Below are positions 1-12,332 of a stretch of DNA of 64,000 bases, in pieces. Origin of the DNA: Eledone cirrhosa (lineage: Eukaryota). Positions within the stretch are counted from its first letter, which is position 1. The number at the start of each line of letters is the position of its first letter. Both the position numbers and the translations under genes were made by a program. The DNA lies in assembly GCA_964016885.1 (NCBI GenBank), contig OZ024740.1, positions 117,056,001-117,120,000 of the forward strand. Reading direction: 5' to 3'. The notes beneath the pieces were generated by a model. That model did not search any database. It was not told the origin of the DNA and saw nothing but the letters and a program-made list of their open reading frames with translations.

Positions 1-13
1 TGTATAAGTATGT

Positions 14-251
14 AAAAGTAGAATTGAGATGGAGGGTTTGTGGTTTTTCTCACATCTGAGAAAAAGCACAAACCCTCCATCTCAATTCTACTTTTGAAAA
101 GCACAAGAACTGCGAAACCGGTAAAGGAACCAAATAAATATATTTAAAAAAAAAAAGACTCCAGTTGCATTTTCGATTTCATCTTTTTTTCTTATACTTT
201 CACTCGTGTAGGACACCTCGTTTTTTTTTCATTTTGTAAAAACAAAACCAC

Positions 252-255
<4 letters not shown>
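14..255 (+). mobile_element. PLE pseudo-LTR-like non-autonomous element with 5' fold-back and hammerhead-like motif
   Basis: Nearly identical to 48312-48500. Positions 14-58 are the reverse complement of the start of that copy. Hammerhead-like motif at 91-126, followed by AATAAA; (TA)n follows the element. Confidence 0.7.
91..126 (+). ncRNA. Minimal type-I hammerhead ribozyme-like motif, U3-A8 core variant
   Basis: CTT|TTGAAAA|GCA-CAAGAAC-TGC|GAAA-CCG-GTA|AAG: 3-bp stem I, 3-bp stem II, palindromic stem III (ACCGGT), GUA cleavage triplet. Confidence 0.55.
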
Positions 256-282
<27 letters not shown>

Positions 283-634
283 AAGGTTTATATATATATA
301 TATATATACATATATACATATACGTGTTTGCAACGGGTCACTTTGTGGCTCAATGAAAAGTTAATAAATTAAATAATCAGAGCTATATATCATAAAACAT
401 GTCTATAGAATCACCAGATAAAATATATACCATTTCCTCTCCCAATTAGCATAATTAACCATATAAAAAATCGAATAGACCAGGCTATAAAGAATAAGGC
501 TTCTATGAAGAAATGTCCAACAAATAACCGAAACCAGTCCTTCGCGCCGGCTGCGACGGAATATTTATCGAATATTTCGACAGCGTAATCGCCCAGATAT
601 ACAGTCAATTAAACAGAATTAGGTGTAAAATAAA

Positions 635-669
<35 letters not shown>

Positions 670-695
670 TAGATAGATACATATATATATATATA

Positions 696-897
696 TAGGA
701 AAAGAGTCAGGCCCCAGACGGCTGAGCTCCGGCCGTTTCGACAGCTAGATCCGAACGTTCAGATCTAGCTGTCAAAACGGCCGGAGCTCAGCCGTCGGGC
801 TCCTGACTTTTTTCCTATTACCCACTCTACTACCCTAAGTATCGAGTACTCGGGTGCGTTATGGTCCACCTGGTTCCTTACCACACTGTCTTCGTTA
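696..897. mobile_element. (TA)n-inserted 'palindrome + tail' element, subfamily A
   Basis: 122-bp imperfect palindrome at 696-817 (centre AAC|GTT) plus an ~80-bp tail ending TTCGTTA. Related copies at 12224, 18951, 31274, 42025, 47581 and 51690. Confidence 0.85.
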
Positions 898-1509
898 TAT
901 ATATCTGTATGAGTATACATCTGTATGTGAGTGTGCGCGCAACTTTGTATGTGCGTGTGTATGAGTGACTGGTGAGTGCTGAAGATGCGTGGCTTAGTGG
1001 TCATGATGATGGTCTAACTATAGTAACGTTGTGAGTTCGATTCCTATGTTGCTAGCCTCCTTTGGTCTAGGAATGCAGTATATGAGATGGAGTGCACAGA
1101 GGGACGGTGCAGAAACATGACAATGACATATATTGGTGGGACAGTCTATAGCATTGGAGAGGGATTAAAGGACACTGCTGTGAAATCAAAGAGAAGCAAA
1201 CTCGTCAGTCATATACCAACATGCCAAACTAGAACATGGGGGTTCAATATATAACATAGAAGACATACACACATAATATGTTGACCACATCTCTCTTGGA
1301 CATATTTCGGACTATATATGGATATTCACATACACACACATGCTCACACACAGACATGAGTCTGGAACAAGCTGTTGAAACGGCAAGAGCTCAGCCGTTG
1401 TGTCCTGACTCTTTATTATATAAACATACTCTACTACTCCGAGTATCGCGTACTTTGTTGAGTGGTGGTCTAACTAGTTTCAAACTGAATCTATCCTATA
1501 TATATATAT

Positions 1510-1552
<43 letters not shown>

Positions 1553-1687
1553 CAGGTATTTGTAAATACATACCAGATAAAAAGGGCTCCGTGTATGTAG
1601 TAGGGAGATCTCATTTATTTAAAGCTGTCATTTCACCCCGCTACAACTCTGAGTTTCTAGTCTCCTTTCGCCATATTATACATACAC

Positions 1688-1750
<63 letters not shown>

Positions 1751-2698
1751 TATATATATATATATATACATGCACTCATACACACTCATACAGACAAGGA
1801 TACACACACACACACGCCCATACATATATATAAATATATATATATATATATATGTATATATAAATGTATATATTTGTATGTATATGTGGGTGGGTGTGAG
1901 TGTGTGTCTGTCCGCGCGCGCGTGTGTGTGTGTATACGTGTGTGTGTATGCTATGAATAGATTAAATATATTATATATCTATTAACTTAACGTATCACTA
2001 TACAGTATTTAAGTAAAGATTAATCCTCTGATACTGCTGTACGATCTGATACTCTATTTTCTGGTAAACTGAGATCAAAAGCTTTTACCACGCAACAGAG
2101 AATATGAAATGAAAACGGCGTTAGAAATTTAAATAAGGTTAAACTTATTAAATTTAGATATAGTCTTACTCTGGCAATGTTTCATTGTTTATGTTTGCTG
2201 TATTTTATTCCTTTTAGTTTTTGTTTTGTTGTATATATTAGCATTATTAATATTTTGTAGTCCTAGTTTTCATGCCCGTTTTCGTCTTCTGTTCGTTTCT
2301 GTAAAATCCCCACTGTTTTTCTTGTAATTTGTCCCCGACACATTTCCTCACCACTGTCCTTGTGGCAGAAATAAATAAATGATTATATAGTATTTCTAAC
2401 GTTTTCTCGCTTTCTCAATCATATGACTGAAACCAGTAAAAGATTAATAGATTTTATTTATGAATTTATATATTTATTTTATTATATATGTATTTATGAA
2501 TATATGTATTTATGAATATTTCTTTCTTTATATAATTGTTGAGTTAAGCTGGTTTTTATTCTTGACATGAAATAGTCATTTTTGCAAATATGCCGTATAA
2601 GGTATATTAACGTCTTACTGATTCACTAACTATATATCTATCTACTTATTTATATACTTATCTGACTACACGCTGCCTTCCACACATTTTGACATATG

Positions 2699-2859
<161 letters not shown>

Positions 2860-3054
2860 CGTGCGTGTTTGTATATATATGCACATAAAATTAAATATAG
2901 AAATGGCTTGTGCAGGATTAAAACTGTTTCGAAAGAAACAATTCTAGTCTTGTAGAAGTCATTTCTATATTTAATTTTGTATATACTCTACTAATGTATT
3001 TAGTACTGCTTTTACTATGGTAAACCCCGACTGAACTCGGGACTCACATGCATG

Positions 3055-3149
<95 letters not shown>

Positions 3150-5025
3150 ATTAGAAGCTTCGCTGTGAAACGCGTAAACATATTTTTTTTATTATTCCTT
3201 CTGTGGTCAGGAAAACGTTGGAGTGATCTTCTGATGAAGAGACGATAATCTCTGAAACGAGTTTGTTTTTCGGCATTCAGATGGAATATTAGACATATAA
3301 TATATTTCTTACATACAAACTCAAATACTTACCTGCTCCCCCACATACTCATTTACAATAAGCTTGAAAATCTACATACATGCTCGTGCACAAAATGCGC
3401 ATAACCACGCTCACACACACAAACACTTTCACTCTTAAGTAAACAAATGTATCGAAAATAAAAGTGAAAGTAATTAAAGTACATGTGTCATAAATGATGC
3501 TTTATCTTCTGCTGTGAATGTATGACGAAGTGTAATTTGATTCATCTTTTAAATAAAGTTGACCAGTCTGTCTTTGGAAATCAATTTATAAGTTCAGCCA
3601 TCCAGACATAGAAATGCCTGTTTGATTTTAACGATGAAGTATCTGGGAAGTTACAACCATATAACCAATGATAACATCATACATCTTTCAAAACATACTT
3701 TGTGAAATGTACCTTCTGAACATATTTTGAGATGTGCAAACGCTTATTTGTTTTTGTTTGTTTTTGTTTTGGTCTCTTTAACATAAAATGAATACAAACG
3801 GGGTCCATAAATTCACTAAAATATACGTTCAAGATATATAAAACTTGACATGTTTATTACGCAATAGTAAGATATCTTCATTTCCATTGAAATCCCAGGG
3901 CGCTGCAATACAGATCTTGTAAAAGCAACGGGATGATGTGGTGAAATCAGTCTGCGTAAATTGTAACAATTTTGCACGTGTAAAAGCTTTAGGGTATAGG
4001 TTTCCTGTATAGCAAAACAGCGCTACGGAATTGATTCTTTGTGGATTAGACGAGGAGGAGCAATATAAGTGATAAAGCAGGAAAGGTAAAAATCAATATA
4101 TCATTAATATCGGAAGGAGTTATGGAATTACTGATCAGCGGATTTCGCAGGCTGATCGCAATGCTATCACGATCTTGACCGCGCGGCGTGGCTGAGATAT
4201 ATCGTCCATGTATAGCATTTTCTCTGATCCATTTCTTTTCATTTTTTCTTTCTTTTTGTAAATATGACATTGTAAATACAACGTAATACATATATAAAAT
4301 ATATGTTGTTTATTTTATTGTTAATAGTATTAATTAGTTTAGAGCTGTGAGGGGATAGATTGGTTTACATCGATAAAATAAGTAGCAGTCAAATGTTGAT
4401 TTCTAATTTAGATACAAGTTCAGAAAATTTGGAGGAAGGGAAGGGCAAGGTTGCTAAAATGAACATTAGTACTTGACTGGTGTTTTATTTTATTGATTCC
4501 GTTAGGATGATATGCAAATTTCACTTCGGTGGAATTTGAACTCAGAATCTAAAAATCCGGAACAAATACTAATAATCCTTTCTAGCATTGACAAAAGCCC
4601 AACAATTTGGAGAAAGTGGATAGTCGATTATATAGACCCCAGGACTTAAACTGATATTCATTTGAGAGATGAAAGGGAAAGTTGTACTCAGAACGTAGAA
4701 AGTCGTAACGAAATGCTGCTAAGCTCTACCAATACTGCTAATCCATCGCCCAAGTACCAGTCAAATATTGAAATCAGTTTGACCGACGATATCGCTCTCA
4801 TACCACTTATGGCTTTGTGTCTAGATCAACAATTTATATACGTTTAGAACAATTAAAGAGAGAATTTCAAATCCTGTTGGGGATTACTTTGCCTTTCAAA
4901 CTTCCCAAGTCGTTAAAGCGCGCATCATTCTAATATTGGAGGTCGAATTGATTAACTATAAACACTTCCCATATTGTTTATGGTATTCTTCTAATATTAG
5001 AAATAAATATTTCTGCAAATTTTAA

Positions 5026-5215
5026 GGTGGTGGATTGGCAGAATTGGTAGAACGTCGGATAAAATGTATATATATTCTTCGGTAAAATCCCGCCGAGGTT
5101 AATTAAACCTTTCATCTTTCTGGGGACGATAAATTACCGATGAAGTACTAGGATCGATTTAATCAACTTGTACCTCCCTCCTACAAATCTTTGGCCCTGA
5201 GCCTCAATTAGAAAT
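5026..5215 (+). mobile_element. Old tRNA-derived SINE copy
   Basis: Degenerate match to the SINE consensus seen at 35339 (GGTGGATTGGCAG...CCCGCCGAGGTT...CCTTTCATC). Confidence 0.7.
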
Positions 5216-5639
5216 TAATATTTCTAAATCCTTTTCTCTAAGTCTTTTCGGGTTCATAGAAGAAGATACGAGCATCACTAGAGCCCATTCCCTCTTTCGT
5301 ATAAATAAATATAATTCCACCTGACAATTGTTTTTGGTGTTGTTCTTGTTGGTGTTACTATGGTAAATCATCCTTCGTTTTAAGATTATATATAACTTAT
5401 GGTAATTTCCGTGAATGAAAATGACAATTAAAAAAGAAAATTTTATGAATATAATCGTAATTTACACCTTAGAAAATGTATCTCTACAAAAATTGTAATT
5501 GTTATTTTAAGCACATTATTTCTAAAGTTCTCCGCTGTCCTTGCTTTACATTGTCATCATCATTATCATCATTTTAGAGCGCCGGACAAAGCGCTTTCCT
5601 GATTTTAGTTATGGCCCTTTCGATTTTGTTATCAAATCA

Positions 5640-7360
5640 TGCCATGGTCAATTTTGTCTTTCATTCCTCCGTGCAAATTCGATCTTCAATTCAGTATATC
5701 GGGTTAATGCTTTAATTTATTTCAATATTATGTTCCTGTTCTCCTGAGATGGAAGCATCATTCACACCCATTTCAGTACATAACTACAATATCAGGCCTG
5801 TCGTGTTCAGTCAGGTTTGCGGTCCGTCTGGAGAGTGAATAACTATACCATCTTATGTTTGTCACTGTCGCCCAGGACACGTTCTGGGATATGTTGATAT
5901 GACTTATCGGATACCTGCTAGTCTTGTATTCACATTGACCACTGACGGTACATATAGACCTAGCAATGTTTTCTGTTATACTCTTTTTGCGCTAGCATTT
6001 TGCACGCGTCAATTTGTGGGCGATATTTTATGTATTCATTCCACACAAACGACAGTTTACATTTTCACCGACTTTGTACTCTTGGGCTGAGATCAGCAGT
6101 GCGTTAGTCTTCCGTTTTAGATCACTGCAGGAAAGTCAATCCCAGACTTCTTTAGTCTTTAATTTGTCGTTCAAATTAGATATGCAGTGTCTTTCCAACT
6201 ATCACTTCCCGTTTGTCAGTATAGACTTGACTCTTAAATTTTACTCTCATTTTTTTTATTTTCTAGGCCCATTACTGCCGAGATATACTGTAGAAATCTT
6301 TCGTTACTATTTATTTGATAGTAATTAATGGCTCGCTTCTCGTTCTCGATACATTCTGTAACACTTATCATGTACAACCGATTTGTACTTGCTTTTGGAT
6401 GTAATGTCTTATGCATGGTCATATTTTTTCTTATTCTGTGGTCGATTTTATCAATCTCAGCCTTATTCAAATTGAGTATCCCAGCACTATACTGTATCAC
6501 AGGTATTTACAGCAACATCAAATTTATTGAATGCAGTTTGAACTTAAGGAGAGGATTTAGCTTGTTTAGTAACGTTTTGTCTTTCATTGGTCCATGAAAT
6601 GTCTCACTTAGATCACTCAATCATTCAGAAGATCATACGATGCCAGTCATCTGAGCATGTGAGACTTTACCTCCTTTTCATATTGACAACTGTACATTTT
6701 GCGACGCAGAGTTCCATAACGAGGTCCTAGGTAAACCATCTGACTGTTTATGTAAGCGACCTGAGTTGCGTATCAAACTTCACAAACAGTTTCAAAACGT
6801 TCATAAACAATGTGGTTTAAAGATAGGTTAGAAGCATTGTTTCCCAACTGATATCCTGCTTCTAACTTCCTCAGTATTAATGATTTTAATATAAGAGCAG
6901 TTACAAAGGGAAATGGAGTCACCCTGAAAATACCTCTATTTATGTTGACATTGCTCAGGAAGCTATTATATGAGTGCAAATTAGTTCTCAAATCTTTCAT
7001 GCTAGATTATATAAATTTGCGCAGATTATCTGCCATCCTTAATATCTTTCTATATTATTGAATTCACGAATTTCGTAAGTTTATATATCCCTACCATACT
7101 CTGGTTTGTCCTCTGGTATTTACAGTCTTTGATCATTATGTCGTTTACAACAAGATGATCCTTTGTTCCCGTTAATTATTCTCCCTGCCCTTTTGGACTA
7201 TAGGGAGGAAGTCATAGGTTTTGGAATGTTTTCTCAGGCAGTATTCCAGTTAGCAGTCGCCAAAGCAGGTTTGAGCAGGACCTTTCGTATGGTCCTTCAT
7301 AATAAGAGTGGTCCGCTCTTCAACCATCCAGCTTAAAATATTTAAAAAGGTTGTCATGGA
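5640..7360 (-). mobile_element. Decayed R4/Dong-like non-LTR retrotransposon (RT + restriction-like endonuclease)
   Basis: Minus-strand fragments: NINRGIF(QGDS..) RT motif near 6920-6950, IDHRIRKNMTMHKTLHPKASTNRLY (6234-6500 ORF), and EHDRPDIV endonuclease motif near 5790-5810. Many stops and frameshifts. Confidence 0.75.
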
Positions 7361-7962
7361 TGCCGTCTCGTCATTGGCTATTTTCAAATAGTTATTTTTT
7401 ATTGTTATTTTTGTTGTTATTTTTATGCTGTTAATACTCTGAGAATCATGTCGAAATTTTCTTTTTACTGATCTCAAAGTTGGGTACATATTGGGAAACA
7501 TGCATTGAAATGTTAAATGTTAACAAGTGCCTTAATATTTGCAAACCCTTCAAATATTGCTATTACTGGAACGTGACTATGTGCATCCTTATAGGATATG
7601 ATTTTGTAGCATTTCTGTTCTACCAATTAAAAATATATACGTTACTTAACAACCATAATACCTTGTAATTCCTTAGTTTCCAAGCTCGTTTCTGCACATA
7701 TTTTATATGATACTTTAACCTAATTTTACTTGATCTGTCTCTTGAGGCTGATACGAAAAGCGGTAAATAGACTGAGTGAATATATACTAATTATTACAAA
7801 TAGGATCCGCAGAAATTCGACCTTTTACATGTTCTTATTTCTCTTTGGATGTATTAATTTAAAAATCTTCCCAACATTGTTTATGCCTTAGATTTCGCGC
7901 CATATTTAAGCATACTGAAAGTATAACATTCAAACTTGTTTTATTATGCTAAAGGTTTCAAG

Positions 7963-8180
7963 GGCGGTGGATTGGCCGTATCGGTAGAGCGTTGGACAAT
8001 ATTCTTTGAGGTATATAGTTACTGCCTTTTATGTTCTGAGTTCAAATTCCACCGAAGTTTGCTTTGCCTTTCATCCTTACAGGGTCGATAAAATAAATCA
8101 CCAGTAATACACTGGAGTGGATTTACTCGAATTTCGCCTACCCCAATATTGTTCGTCTTGTCCCTAAATCAGAAACCATT
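7963..8180 (+). mobile_element. tRNA-derived SINE with target-site duplication
   Basis: A box, B box GAGTTCAAATT and GCCTTTCATCC..GGTCGATAAAATAAA core. TSD TTATG(C/T)TAAAGGTTTCAA on both sides. Confidence 0.85.
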
Positions 8181-9467
8181 ATGTTAAAGGTTTCAATTAC
8201 GTGTCCGATTTCATTCCACATTTAAGCTTGTTTCGTTGTGTAAAGGATTTCGATTGTTTTTGATTTCGTTCGAAAGATAAGTTTATTAAACGCGTGACAC
8301 TCGAACACATAATGTGACAAGCAGAATTGTAGATTATCTATCACACTAGTATAAGACCACACATTCTAAAAGGGGTGTGTAGCCAATTAAATTGATGCCA
8401 GTGGTTCTTGTCTTATCAACATCGGAAACAAAAGAAACTGTTGAGGTCAGCGTGTTTTAAACTCAGAACTTACATGAGCATAATATTGATATATTTCTCC
8501 ATTGGATAGAATTAGATTGAATAACACACCTTTCGCATTTTAAAGTAAAATAAGGCCGAAGTCAATGTTGTATTTTTTGTTTTGTTTAATTCTTCATCAA
8601 TTATGCACAATGCTTGCTGAATCTTTTGTTAATATTTTAAAACATTTCTCAAATGCCATTCATTACGATATGTAACCCGTTATGATTTTAAAATCTAATG
8701 TTTAAGATATATCCATAATTCTAGGGCCCATACTTCATGTTCCTACATGCAATGCTTAATCGTAACCGATATAGTGTGACAATCTGGACACGATGCAACC
8801 ATTTAACTATCTGGTCTACTTATGTGTGCCTGTCATTGTTGTTGTTGATGTTATTGAGTACCATCACTCAACAATTACAATATAGGAAACCTACCACCAA
8901 AAGCATTCCGACCATTATCATCCTATCGTTTTTACGATTACATTATACATTATATGTCCAACGGTTGGATGTGATTTGAGGGAGAATTGAATACTATGTT
9001 TCAGTACGCTCATTATGATTCAGTGCATGTGTAGATTTTGGCAGTGTCCACAAGAGAAGCGTAAAATTGGACTTGAACAGAATGCAAATATATTTATCAT
9101 TTGTGGTGTGCATCTCAACATGGGGCTAGTGATGATATCTATGCTGCTACAGTTTTCTACATTAGATGGGGGGAACTGTTGTGGTCTTCTGGTATGTTGT
9201 AAGTATAAAGATTTCTTTAGGGATGATTGTGTTTATAGTGCCTATGAAAGGATTAAAATTTACTCATGAAATAATCTACGATGTTTCATTGATTTAACAA
9301 TGTCTCTTTAATCTCAAATATTGCAAAATCATCTACACTTAACCTTTTATTTATTTCTGTTTTACCTCATGATCCTGCAATTATCAAAATATACACAAAA
9401 GCCACATATATTTGGTAATTAAGTAGGTTTGGACACAAATCTATCTTACAATCATTAAATACTTTAT

Positions 9468-9756
9468 GGCGGTGAATTGGCAGTATCGGTAGAGGGTTGG
9501 ACGCCATGCCTTCTAGCATAGTTACGTCCCTTTACAATCTGAGTTCAAATCCTGCCGAGGTTAACTTTGCCTTTCATCCTTACGGGGTCGATAAAATAAA
9601 GTACCAGTAATGTACTGGGTAATTGCTGGCCTTGTGCCTAAAGTAGAAACAATTATATACTTTATTGTCTGAGTTCAAATCCCGCCGAGGTTAACTTTGC
9701 CTTTCATCCTTACGGGCTCGATAATTGCTGGCCTTGTGCCAAAAGTAGAAACAGTT
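9468..9756 (+). mobile_element. SINE full copy (9468-9654) followed by a 5'-truncated, internally deleted tandem copy (9668-9756)
   Basis: Two consecutive matches to the SINE consensus, both ending GTAGAAACA(A/G)TT. Confidence 0.9.
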
Positions 9757-10048
9757 ATATACTTTCCAATACTTAAATCATTTCCCAAATCTCATTTGAA
9801 TACATTCGCAGACGTTACAGATTGTCTCAGATACGATCTGTGACCAGTGACTGGTATATTTCCATTAATTGTATTATCAAGTTGTTTCTATTGTAATTTC
9901 CGAGTCAGTATGAAAGACGTGGTAAGAAATGAAAGTGGGTGTAATAGGTCATTTTAGTAAATACCACGTTTTCTTTTATCCTGACACTTCACTACATATC
10001 AATTTAACTCACATTGACATATTCTAGTCTCTCTCCCTCGCTTTTTCA

Positions 10049-10158
<110 letters not shown>

Positions 10159-10253
10159 ATATATATGTGTGGGTATATATATATAACTATATACATTTAG
10201 TTACATATATATATATATATATAACTATATATATATATAACTATATATATATA

Positions 10254-10332
<79 letters not shown>

Positions 10333-12028
10333 AATCATTTCTCTATTTGCTAACTGTCACATTGGCTCTGCCAACTCTCGTTCCCATCTATTAAGACATT
10401 TCCACTGTCTCAAGCTTGCATCAGAAATAGTTGGAGGCCGACATTTCTATTATGTGGGGGTGGTAGGCTGTTGTTTCTTTCTTTCTAAAGATTTGCTCTT
10501 CCTTTTCATTTAGTTCATCGATAAAGTTTAGTTATTGATAAGATCCGCATTTATTTTTTTAAAACGCAGTGATAATAGAAGATTATCAGAATTAGACAAG
10601 AGCCAGAAAAATTGCCTTGTATGTTCGGCTAAGGACCTTTACGCATTGACCTAAAACCCCAGTAAGGCCCAGTAAGTATCCAGAGGTTAAAAAAAAGTAT
10701 CAGTCATATACTTGGGTTAAATCTGATTGATTGTTCTCCTTCCCCAAAATAAATGACTTATATATATATTAAATATGATTTTTCTATTTGATGATGTTGC
10801 TTAATATAATTTTATTTGATATAATCTTTTGCTATCGCTTTACTTTCCTTCATTGTTTTTATGTTGTTTTTTCATTAGATAATTTACCCTTCTTTGCTAT
10901 TGTATAGTATATAATACTAGTTGTATTCTTTGCTTAATCGTGTTGCTTTTTCATTCAAGTATATTTGTATCATTATTTTAAAACGTACTCATTTCAGGTA
11001 AATAACCACCAATGCTTGGGGATGGGGGCATATATTTAAGAAAAACTGCCAACCAAATCTCAAGGGACGTTCTTACATTCTAAGTAGACTGATTTTATCA
11101 GATCATCATTTAGCTTTTAAAAGGTCTGTATTGAAGTATCTTGGGATTTCTATCAAGGAAAAGATGGCTTTCTATTGCATAATAAATATGTCAAGTTTCT
11201 TAATTTAGATTTCATTCAAATTGATGCTTATTGCATTAGTTGTTTTCCCAGTCGCATGTTAAAGTGATTTTAGAACCTTAGTATTCAAAAGCAATGGATT
11301 TCTCAGCGCATAAATAGCAAATAGGTCTCTGTTGGTTAGACGACGGTGAGTGATCCAACGTGATGCAACGGAATACTCAATAAATTAATGTGTACATGGC
11401 TAAGTACATTACATATACACCGACCCTTAAGGTAATTCCGAAGGAAATACAGCGTGACACCTTGTGTGACAAAGCTGGCTCTTTGAGTTACAAGTACAGT
11501 CCAGCCGAGAGAATTTAGAAGACCTTTTGTTACAACGCCTGGGGCAACACTTGCCTAAATTGCTACTCAAAATCTTATGATTGTGAAAGGAAGTACCTAT
11601 TACCAGCGTCCACAGGGAAGAAATATTTGTGTTGTATTTAACTACTTGGTATAAAACAGATCCAAGCGAAATAAAAAAGTCAAGAAATTTACAGCTGGCC
11701 TCATATGAAGTTGTAATATTTTAAGCGAATCCCGGTTCAGTAATCGAACTCAAGTCATTACAATCGCAAATCGCAAACCCTAACCACTGGGTGGGGATTG
11801 TTTCATGTTTAAGTCGTGGCATGACATAATCGCATATTCATAAGGCTATGATTATATAGATTATCTTAGTCTCTCAGTGACCTGTTCTTATAATTAGAGC
11901 TTGAGAAAGAACAATTGGGAATTCCTGTAACATATTACTGTAACAAAAGGAGAAAAACTTTGGAGAAATAATATACATATAAACATCATATCAAACTTTT
12001 ACACATACAATTAACATAAACCATAACA

Positions 12029-12072
<44 letters not shown>

Positions 12073-12083
12073 ATGTATCTCTC

Positions 12084-12332
<249 letters not shown>

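Noticed and set aside
4046-4291. Possible second exon of the transcription-factor gene
   Set aside because: No recognisable domain and no convincing splice sites.
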